From a virus (taxonomy: Duplodnaviria; Caudoviricetes): DNA of 49,527 bases. The position numbers and the translations under genes were made by a program. The notes under the pieces were generated by a model. It searched no databases. It saw nothing but the letters and a program-made list of their open reading frames with translations, and was not told the origin of the DNA. Every line of letters starts with the position of its first letter. The stretch's first letter is position 1. Below are positions 43,067 through 49,527 of this stretch, piece by piece. The stretch covers positions 1 through 49,527 of IMG/VR virus record IMGVR_UViG_3300048574_000467; one strand, given 5' to 3'.

Positions 43067-43503
43067 GGCTTGGCCCCCCCCTTGCCGGCCGGCGCGGCGG
43101 CGGCGTCCGCCGGGGGCGCGATGCTCTGCCCGCTGTTCGGGTCCCACAGCACGCCCTGCGCGCCGCGCCAGACGGGCGCGCTGCGGCCGAGGTCCTTCGC
43201 CAGGCGCCAGATGACGTGGCCGTTGCTGGTGGGGCCGTAGCCGGGCGCGCGGCGCATCAGGCGGGCGAGCACGCCCACGCGCTCCAGGCTGCGGATGTAC
43301 TTGCGCAGGTTCTCGCCGGCGTCGCGCTCGCTGCCGTCGGCCAGCGTGAACAGCAAGTCGTCGATCGTGAAGCGGGGCAGCTTCCTCATCAGCCACCAGG
43401 CGCGCTGGCGCAGACCGGTGGCCTGCACCGCCTGCGGGCGGCCCCGGCCGCGGCGCTTGGCGGCGCCCTGGATGCGGGCTGCGGGGTGTTGGCCGTGGGT
43501 CAT
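43063..43503 (-). CDS. Mu-like early winged-helix protein
   Basis: RQRAWWLMRKLPRFTIDDL, YIRSLERVG, WRL.KDLG..AP, WDPN. Confidence 0.75.
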   Translation of the reverse strand: MTHGQHPAARIQGAAKRRGRGRPQAVQATGLRQRAWWLMRKLPRFTIDDLLFTLADGSERDAGENLRKYIRSLERVGVLARLMRRAPGYGPTSNGHVIWRLAKDLGRSAPVWRGAQGVLWDPNSGQSIAPPADAAAAPAGKGGAKP

Positions 43504-43823
43504 GCCGCCTTCCCCCCGAACGGGTCGGGCCGCGGGCCGCCGGGCGGCATCTGCAGGCCGTGGATGGACGCCAGCAGGCGCATGGCGCGCTGGGCTTCGG
43601 CGGGCGCCGGCTCGGCGGCCAAGGCCGGGTCGCGCGCGATGGTGCGCCTGAGATCCGCGAGCAGCACTTCTCTCAGTGCGTCGTGCAGCTCGGGCGCCGC
43701 GGCGATGAGGCGGGCGTCGAGCTCGGCGTGCGGGCCCGGCATCACTCTGGCGACGGGCACGGCAAGCGCGCCCTCGCCGGCGAAGATGGCCAGGCCATTG
43801 GTGTACCAGGGGCCCGCGCTCAT
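43500..43823 (-). CDS. hypothetical phage protein
   Basis: GPW...DARLIAAAPELHDAL motif. Confidence 0.7.
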   Translation of the reverse strand: MSAGPWYTNGLAIFAGEGALAVPVARVMPGPHAELDARLIAAAPELHDALREVLLADLRRTIARDPALAAEPAPAEAQRAMRLLASIHGLQMPPGGPRPDPFGGKAA

Positions 43824-44575
43824 GCCGCCGCCCCTTCCAGCCGCCGCTCGGATGCACGCAGGCGGCGCGGGTTGCGCAGGGCCTGGTTGAAGTCTTCGCA
43901 CAGCGAGAGGCCGGCGACGTCGGCCAGGCTGACGCTCGTCTTGCCCATCGCGACGCCGACCTGCTCGCAGACGTTGATGGCCTCGATCACGAGGCGCATG
44001 CGGGCGCCGCTGTCGCGGTGGATGCGCTCGGCCAGGTCATCCGCAATCGCCACGCTGCTGAGCTGCGCGCAGGCGGCGCGCACGTCGGCCTGCGTGCTGG
44101 CGCGAAACGGGCACAGCGTGGCGCGGCTGGTGAGCTGGTCGAACTGGCGCAGGCGCGCCATGTCGCGCTCCATGACGACGGCGACGAGCAGCGTGCCGCT
44201 CTTGTCGGTGATTGCGCGCAGGCGCTCCAGGCAGGCGGCGTTGTCGCGCAGCGCGAAGCCGGCTTCGTCGACGATGACGGGGATTTCCTCGGCCGCGATC
44301 TGCGAGGCGATCGCCGCCTCCCACTCGCCGCGCACCGGGATGGAGAGGTGGTCTGCCAGCTCGACCAGCATGCGCCGCACCGTCCAGCCGGGGTGCGCGG
44401 TGAGCATGGCGGCGTTGCGCCCGCTGGCCCAGTTGTGCAGGGTGCGCGTCTTGCCGTCGCCGGCGCGGCCGTGCACGAAGATGAGGTTGCTCTCGGCCGC
44501 TGCCGCCTGGTCGTGCTTGGCCAGCGCGGCGCGAAAGCGCTTGGCGTTCTCGGTTTCGACGAATTCCTTCTTCAT
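43820..44575 (-). CDS. transposition ATPase (MuB-like AAA+)
   Basis: GRAGDGKT Walker A, VIVDEA Walker B, QLTSR; AAGGTG RBS. Confidence 0.9.
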   Translation of the reverse strand: MKKEFVETENAKRFRAALAKHDQAAAAESNLIFVHGRAGDGKTRTLHNWASGRNAAMLTAHPGWTVRRMLVELADHLSIPVRGEWEAAIASQIAAEEIPVIVDEAGFALRDNAACLERLRAITDKSGTLLVAVVMERDMARLRQFDQLTSRATLCPFRASTQADVRAACAQLSSVAIADDLAERIHRDSGARMRLVIEAINVCEQVGVAMGKTSVSLADVAGLSLCEDFNQALRNPRRLRASERRLEGAAA

Positions 44576-44659
44576 GGCAGAATCACCTTTCGTTTGTGGT
44601 GCCCTCTCGGGCGTTGGGTTGCACACTCACTGCGAACACGGCCGCCGCGCTGATTGCTG

Positions 44660-47197
44660 TCAGCCGGCGGCCACTTCTTTGAAGTCGTCTCCTTCGGGGT
44701 CTTCTTCGTTGCCGGCCTGGCGCGCAGCGGCTGCTGCTGCCTCGCGGGCCAGGCGCTCGCGCGTGAGCTGAGCGACGTAGGCCGGCAGTTCGTACGGCTC
44801 GAGCCGCTGCGGCTCGAGCTCGCGCCGCCGGGGCTGCGCAACGATCGCATTCAGGTCGAGCACGACGGCCGGCGCTTCGAGTTCGAGCGGCGGCGCGGCC
44901 ATGCGGCGCTGCACGTCCATGGCCTTGTCGTCCAGGCGCTTGAGGGCCGCATCGGCGCGGCGCTCGAGCGCGGCTTCGTACATGGTGAGCGCGCGGTAGC
45001 CGGTGGCGTGCACGTATTCGGCCTTGCAGAGCAGCCGGCCTTCCAGGTCCTTCACCCAGACGTGCGCCCACTCCATGCGGTCGATGGCGACCATGACCTG
45101 CTCGCCGTCGTAGTGCTGCAGCTCGGGGTGGTAGTAGCGCTGGCCGCTGTGGGCGGTGACGGTCTCGCGCGTAACCTTGCGTTGGACGTGGACGCGGAAG
45201 AGGTCGACGAGTGACGCCTCGTCCATCGCCACCGGCTGCCAGCCGGCGGCGCGCGCGGCGTCCAGGCTTTCTTGCGGGGTCATGTGGCGCTGGCGGCCGG
45301 TGGCGGCGTCGCGCACCTTGGGCAGCGCCTCGTGCGGGCGGTTGTTCCACTTGACTTCGATGGCGCGGATCCACGCGATGGCGTCTTCGCGGGTTTCGAA
45401 GACGATGCCCTTGGTGAGGCGCTCGAGCTCGGCCTTGACCTGCGCGGCGAGTGCCAGGTCGCCCGCGCTGCGGGCGGCGACCATCTTGCGGGTGAGCTTG
45501 CCCTGGCGCTTGAAGACGAGGCTGTCCATGCTCTTGCCCTGGTAGGTGGCGAGCGCCTTGCTTTCGCGGTCAAGCCAGGCGTTGAGGTTCTCGGCGATGC
45601 CGTTGGCCTGGCTGTTGCCGACGGCGACGGGGTGCACGACGGTCATGCCGGCGCGCGCCGAGAGCGAGGCGACGGGGTCCGTCTCCATCGTCTTGTTCTT
45701 CATGGAGCCGGTGCTGTCGGTCTGGAAGAGGGCGGGCACGCCGCCGACGCGGATGCACTCTTCGACGCACTTGGCGATGACGTCCATGCTTTCCGAGAGG
45801 CCGATCGCCATCGGCGTGAGGTAGCGCGTGGCCACGTCTTGCGCGTGCCAGAGTTCGTAGGTGACGAAGCCGCCGTCCACCGGGTGCGGGGCGGTGAAGT
45901 GCGTCGTCCAGCCGTCGGCGTGCACCTCGGTGAAGGGCGGCAGGCCCTGCGCGGTGCGGTGCTGGTAGAACTTCTTGCTGCGCAGGGCGCTGCCGGTGTG
46001 GCGGCCGTGGTGCTGGTCGCCGCGGCTGTACTTCTTGCGGAAGAAGTAGGCGACCTGGTGCACGGTGGGGGGCTTGGCGCCGAGGCCCTCGTGCCACATG
46101 GCGGCGATCTGCGCCGCGACGGCGGTAAGGTCGGGCTTGGCGGCCCGGGCGTACAGCGAGATGGCGAGCGGGTGCCAGGGCAGGACGGTCTGGTCCGGCA
46201 GCGAACTGGGCGCCGGCAGCAGGTCGTCGGACCTGTAGATGCGGTCGAGCGTGGACAGCGAGATCCAGCCGTCGCCGGACTTGCGGCCCCGCTTGTCGCG
46301 GCCGTCGCGCATCAGCGCGGTGAGCTCGGCGCTGAGCGCGCCGGCCTTGGCCTGCTCGAGCAGCTTGACCTGGGCGCCGCGCGGCGAGTAGCCCTGCTCG
46401 ACCAGGTTTTGCAGCGCGCGCTTGATTACGGTGCGGCGCAGCTCGGTGGCGCGGCGGGCGGCGGTGGCGCGGGCGGGATCGGCTGCGGTGTCTATTCCGC
46501 CGCGACCAGCCCCAATCGCATCAGCACGATGTCGACCAGATTGCGGCCGTCGCGCGTCAGCTTGAGCCGGCAGAGACCGCCCTCCAGATCCTGCTCGATC
46601 AGGTCCTGCTCCATGAGGCGCTTGCGGACCCACAACTCCTGCAGCACGGACGCCGGCGCCAGCCCGGCGGTCCGCATGTCGTTCGGCACCTGCTGCCAGA
46701 TCGGATTGATGCCCTGCAGCTCGTCGATCGGCCACTCCAGCGTCGGGCGCTCCCACGGCCGATGCGCCAGCTGCATCAGGCTGACCAGATCGTGAAACGT
46801 GAGCGTCTCGGCCAGATCGTTCGAGTACTCCTCTTCCTCGCGGGTCATTTCCTGCTCGTCCACTTCTACCTTGGTTTCCATCGCTTTCTCCTGTGAATCC
46901 GGCCTTGGCCGGCGGGGTTGAGCCGGCGTTGGCCGGCGGGGTTGATGCTTCGTTGCGAAGGGCGGCACAGCGCGCTTCGTAGTCCTGCAAAACGGCTTGC
47001 ATGTCGCGGTCATCGAGATACTCGCGGGTGGCTGCGGGCAGGCTGGCGCGGGAGTATTCGAGGCCTTTGCCTCGCGGTTTACTGCGACTGTCGGCCAAAT
47101 TTTTTTTCATCCAACGGATGACGGCCGAGTAGCTCTCCTGCATGCCAGGCAGGCCTTCCAGCTCTTGCGCGCTGAACCACTCCTGACGCTCGGCCAT
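44660..47197 (-). CDS. DDE transposase A (MuA-like)
   Basis: N-terminal WFSAQELEGLPG...YSRASLP HTH; D (HADGW), D (QTDSTG), E (NGIAEN); Mu C-terminal domain; GGAGG RBS; 845 aa. Confidence 0.92.
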   Translation of the reverse strand: MAERQEWFSAQELEGLPGMQESYSAVIRWMKKNLADSRSKPRGKGLEYSRASLPAATREYLDDRDMQAVLQDYEARCAALRNEASTPPANAGSTPPAKAGFTGESDGNQGRSGRAGNDPRGRGVLERSGRDAHVSRSGQPDAAGASAVGAPDAGVADRRAAGHQSDLAAGAERHADRRAGAGVRAAGVVGPQAPHGAGPDRAGSGGRSLPAQADARRPQSGRHRADAIGAGRGGIDTAADPARATAARRATELRRTVIKRALQNLVEQGYSPRGAQVKLLEQAKAGALSAELTALMRDGRDKRGRKSGDGWISLSTLDRIYRSDDLLPAPSSLPDQTVLPWHPLAISLYARAAKPDLTAVAAQIAAMWHEGLGAKPPTVHQVAYFFRKKYSRGDQHHGRHTGSALRSKKFYQHRTAQGLPPFTEVHADGWTTHFTAPHPVDGGFVTYELWHAQDVATRYLTPMAIGLSESMDVIAKCVEECIRVGGVPALFQTDSTGSMKNKTMETDPVASLSARAGMTVVHPVAVGNSQANGIAENLNAWLDRESKALATYQGKSMDSLVFKRQGKLTRKMVAARSAGDLALAAQVKAELERLTKGIVFETREDAIAWIRAIEVKWNNRPHEALPKVRDAATGRQRHMTPQESLDAARAAGWQPVAMDEASLVDLFRVHVQRKVTRETVTAHSGQRYYHPELQHYDGEQVMVAIDRMEWAHVWVKDLEGRLLCKAEYVHATGYRALTMYEAALERRADAALKRLDDKAMDVQRRMAAPPLELEAPAVVLDLNAIVAQPRRRELEPQRLEPYELPAYVAQLTRERLAREAAAAAARQAGNEEDPEGDDFKEVAAG
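46492..46881 (-). CDS. 129-aa acidic protein overprinted out of frame within transposase A
   Basis: CAGGAG RBS at 46888-46893; METKVEVDEQ...LTRDGRNLV; the transposase frame here is low-complexity R/G/A. Confidence 0.75.
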   Translation of the reverse strand: METKVEVDEQEMTREEEEYSNDLAETLTFHDLVSLMQLAHRPWERPTLEWPIDELQGINPIWQQVPNDMRTAGLAPASVLQELWVRKRLMEQDLIEQDLEGGLCRLKLTRDGRNLVDIVLMRLGLVAAE

Positions 47198-47198
47198 G

Positions 47199-47504
47199 TC
47201 AGTCCTCCGGCCGCTGCTGCGGGCCGATGCCCTCGTCGAGCGTGCGCCGCAGATCGTGCATGAGCGCCCTGGATATGCCGCCGTGCGGCTCCCGATCGGT
47301 GCGGTTTCCCCAGGTGCGCACGACGGCTCCGAGCATCTGGCGGTCGTACCCGTGCGCCTTGGCCCATGACGTGAAGTCGGGCCAGCCAAGCAGCGCGAGC
47401 TTGCCGCGCACCTCGAGGCGATCACCAACGGGGACGATCGTCCCCCCTGTTTTAGGGATGCGCCTTGGAGCGCGCTGCGTATGTACTGCGGTATGCTGTG
47501 TCAT
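47199..47504 (-). CDS. Ner-like DNA-binding protein
   Basis: VRGKL...FTSWAKAHGY...PHGG.SRA; first early gene, divergent from repressor. Confidence 0.75.
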   Translation of the reverse strand: MTQHTAVHTQRAPRRIPKTGGTIVPVGDRLEVRGKLALLGWPDFTSWAKAHGYDRQMLGAVVRTWGNRTDREPHGGISRALMHDLRRTLDEGIGPQQRPED

Positions 47505-47512
47505 GGGCCGGA

Positions 47513-47541
47513 ACTCTAGCGCAGTTAACCGCGAGTGTCAA
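47513..47541 (-). promoter_or_regulatory. early promoter Pe
   Basis: TTGACA (47541-47536), 17 bp, TAGAGT (47518-47513). Confidence 0.85.
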
Positions 47542-47542
47542 G

Positions 47543-47675
47543 CGTCACATTCGCGGTTTCTAGCGAAATGAGGCCGACTCCAGCAAACCATCGTGAAATC
47601 AAAGGCTTACCGCAAAAGTGACGCGCTCGACAGCCCATCGCGCGGCGGTCACATTCGCGCGCCAGAAAGTGACGG
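47543..47675. promoter_or_regulatory. operator-like repeats (CGCRAAWGTGAC) flanking an IHF consensus site
   Basis: GTCACATTCGCG near 47544 and 47648; AAAGTGACG near 47615 and 47666; AATCAAAGGCTTA 47597-47609 fits WATCAANNNNTTR. Confidence 0.65.
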
Positions 47676-48069
47676 CTTCGCCGGCCGGCTCGCCCAGTTG
47701 GTGGCCGACGAGCCGCAGACGGCCTTCGCCAAGCGCTGCGGCTTCTCGGAGAGCACTTTGCGCAACTACTTGGACGGAGCCGACCCAAGCAGGGCGCGGT
47801 TGCTCGCCATCGCGGAGGCCGCCAACGTCAGCATCGAATGGCTTGCCGCAGGCCGCGGCCCGAAGGAGCGCCAGGGCGCGCCCGCGCGCTTCGACGACAT
47901 CGAGCGCCTGACCCGCACCATCGCCGCCGTGCAGGAGGGCCTCGAGGCCACCGGGCGCACGCTGCCGCCGGCCAAGTACGCCGAGCTGGTGGCCGCCGCC
48001 TATGAGCTGATGGCCTCGCCCAGCGCGAGCAGCGCGCGCGTGATCCAGTTCATCAAGGCCGCGGCGTAG
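47593..48069 (+). CDS. XRE-family HTH prophage repressor
   Basis: FAGRL...QTAFAKRCGFSESTLRNYLDGADPS...VSIEWLAAGRG. Confidence 0.85.
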   Translation: MKSKAYRKSDALDSPSRGGHIRAPESDGFAGRLAQLVADEPQTAFAKRCGFSESTLRNYLDGADPSRARLLAIAEAANVSIEWLAAGRGPKERQGAPARFDDIERLTRTIAAVQEGLEATGRTLPPAKYAELVAAAYELMASPSASSARVIQFIKAAA

Positions 48070-48089
48070 CGGCACGCACCAGGAGGAAC

Positions 48090-48737
48090 ATGACCGACCA
48101 GGACCGGGAGCAGACGGCCAAGATAGTCGAGCTGATGAAGTCGGCCGCGCCGGCCGCGAAGAAGCCCCGCCCGCGGCGCAAGCCGTTGGTGAAAGAGCCG
48201 GGCGTCATCTACGTGAAGGGCAACGGCAACGTGGTGGCCGGCGGCGCGGTGAGCCAGGTGACCAATGTGCACCATCACCAGCCGGCGCGGCCGAAGGTGG
48301 TGGTGAAGACGGGCGACGGCACCGTCGACGCCCGGCAGAAGGCCGAGCTGCAGCGCCTGTTGCGTGCATGGGTGGACGCCTACAACGCGGTGAAGGTGCG
48401 CAAGCTGACGTGGGCCGCCGCGTGGGGCGGGTTCAACAAGGCGATGCGGGTGAGCGGCTATGGGGAGTTGCGGCCGGAGCAGTTCGACGCGGCTTGCGCC
48501 TGGCTGCAGCGGCAGGCGGCCATCGTCACGGGCGCGAATAGCGCGCCGAAGAAGCTGCCCAGTTGGCGCACGAAGCGCTATGCGGCCATCAAGGCACGCT
48601 GCGTCAACCAGTTGGGCGACGAGTTCGCCTATGTGGCGTACACGATCAAGCACTTCGCAAAGACGAGCCTGACCGAGCTGACAGACGCCGAGCTGGAGCA
48701 GACTTACCGCTATGTGATGGGCAAGTCGCCGGGCTGA
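48090..48737 (+). CDS. ORF6C-like domain protein co-transcribed with repressor
   Basis: AGGAGG RBS; QKAELQRL...W..FN..MRVSGY.EL..EQF..A..WL. Confidence 0.7.
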   Translation: MTDQDREQTAKIVELMKSAAPAAKKPRPRRKPLVKEPGVIYVKGNGNVVAGGAVSQVTNVHHHQPARPKVVVKTGDGTVDARQKAELQRLLRAWVDAYNAVKVRKLTWAAAWGGFNKAMRVSGYGELRPEQFDAACAWLQRQAAIVTGANSAPKKLPSWRTKRYAAIKARCVNQLGDEFAYVAYTIKHFAKTSLTELTDAELEQTYRYVMGKSPG

Positions 48738-48834
48738 CGGCGGCGTAACTTTCCGGGGTTGCGTGACGAAGTAGCCCCCGGCGGTAACGCGGCCGGGCCG
48801 GGAAGGGGCTGCGGCGCGGCTATCCTGCCCGTCC

Positions 48835-49264
48835 ATGCGCCGTCCCCTGAAACCCGGCTCGATGCGAGCCCGCGGCGCAGGCAATGTGGTGGCCGGCGGC
48901 AACGTGCAGATCACGCACGTGCACCATCACTACTATGCGGCGGTGCCGCCAGAGGCGGCAGCGCCCGCGACCACACCGGTGCCGCCAGCGGCGGCCGAGC
49001 CGCCCGCAGAGCCCGGCAACGCGGCCACGGCATGCGCCTTCGCGCCCAGTTGCCCCAGGTGGGTTGCCCCGCGCTCAGTCGGCGCGTGTTCTGGCTCGAT
49101 CCGAGAGCGCGGTGATTCAAAGCGCGTGCGTTTGCTCGATCGTTTCGCTCAATCTGCGTCAAAAGCAGCAAACCACGCCGCGCGCCTATTTCTCTATGCG
49201 CGACAAGCACTTAGCCTGTTTTTGACCACCGAGCGAAGTGTGTCAAACCGAGCACCGCCCCACA
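48835..49264 (+). CDS. possible ORF paralogous to N-terminus of 48090 gene, no stop before prophage end
   Basis: GNVVAGGNVQITHVHHH vs GNVVAGGAVSQVTNVHHH; TATCCT 8 nt before ATG. Confidence 0.4.
49151..49264 (-). repeat. prophage repressor-side end with transposase-binding repeats
   Basis: CGGTTTGACA at 49250-49241 and TTTGACGCAGATT at 49163-49151 match the sites at 7274-7289. Confidence 0.85.
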
Positions 49265-49290
49265 GTCAATCGGTGAATCGTCGTTGCCAT
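49265..49290 (-). pseudogene. 5' end of the interrupted integrase (MATTIHRLT)
   Basis: GAGGGG RBS, ATG at 49290; IHRLT typical of P4-integrase N-termini. Confidence 0.8.
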
Positions 49291-49308
49291 GAACCCCTCA
49301 CTTGCGGC

Positions 49309-49339
49309 TGTCCCCCGCCTGTCCCCCGCCTGTCCCCCG
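49309..49339. repeat. 11-bp tandem repeat TGTCCCCCGCC (about 3 copies), probable integrase arm-type sites
   Basis: 49309, 49320, 49331; between tRNA and integrase start; IHF consensus AATCAACAAGTTA at 49420-49432. Confidence 0.7.
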
Positions 49340-49489
49340 AAAATCGGAGTCGCGTCGGGATCGGCGTTGCGCGCATCTGCGCCGTCGTGAGAGTATTGCT
49401 TTGGCTTTTTTGCCAGTCAAATCAACAAGTTAGGGCTTGTTGTCTGTCTCTCACTGCGCCTTGGTGCGTCAACGTGAGAGTAAGTATGC

Positions 49490-49527
49490 TGGCGGAAGAG
49501 GTGGGATTCGAACCCACGTTAGCCTGA
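49490..49527 (-). tRNA. 3' part of tRNA-Ser (truncated by window edge), island attachment site
   Basis: GTGGG-TTCGAAT-CCCAC-CTCTTCC-G-CCA; G73 discriminator and apparent long variable arm suggest Ser; anticodon not in window. Confidence 0.8.

Larger units (their letters stand above)
7260..49264 (-). mobile_element. Mu-like transposable prophage with siphovirus-type tail, apparently complete (42,005 bp)
   Basis: ends TGTACGGCTGCGATCGGTTTGAC (7260+) and TGTGGGGCGGTGCTCGGTTTGAC (49264-), 18/23 identical; transposase A/B, Gam, GemA, Mor, DUF935 portal, MuF, protease I. Confidence 0.93.
1..49489 (-). mobile_element. tRNA-Ser-integrated P4-integrase satellite-like island (PICI-like), distal boundary outside window, carrying nested prophage
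   Basis: gene order tRNA-int-hyp-alpA-hyp-Toprim-DUF3987; no second copy of the tRNA 3' end seen in the window. Confidence 0.75.

Noticed and set aside
47198-47428. 77-aa N-terminal extension of transposase A
   Set aside because: Overlaps the ner-like gene; ATG 47197 has a GGAGG RBS and starts the Mu HTH domain
49490-49527. tRNA-Sec
   Set aside because: 3' acceptor strand is 7 nt (CTCTTCC) after a 5-bp T stem, not the 8-bp stem of bacterial tRNA-Sec

Overview
High-GC window, probably betaproteobacterial (inference), with two nested mobile elements. (1) A small P4-integrase/AlpA/Toprim/DUF3987 satellite-like island integrated at the 3' end of a tRNA-Ser (49490 onward, minus strand). (2) An apparently complete Mu-like transposable prophage of about 42 kb (7260-49264; TGT...ACA termini with inverted repeats) inserted in codon 9 of the island's integrase, splitting it between 49265-49290 and 6008-7259. 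The prophage carries repressor/ner/A/B/gemA/mor/gam early genes, Mu-type head genes and a non-contractile lambda-like tail. The strongest novel signal is a tRNA-shaped RNA (25580-25650, + strand) with its own near-consensus sigma70 promoter. It lies antisense to, and overlaps the stop codon of, a MuF head protein with a putative BECR-type nuclease C-terminal extension, so the pair is a candidate toxin / tRNA-mimic system. Other oddities: a 129-aa gene overprinted inside transposase A; a FliA-like sigma factor heading a displaced structural/accessory block; a glycosyltransferase inside the tail operon; an endolysin-holin fusion with an internal RBS; a 28-33-28 repeat-hairpin-repeat upstream of the protease; REP-like elements inserted in frame in phage genes. 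All protein family calls come from reading motifs by eye and from synteny; no searches were run.
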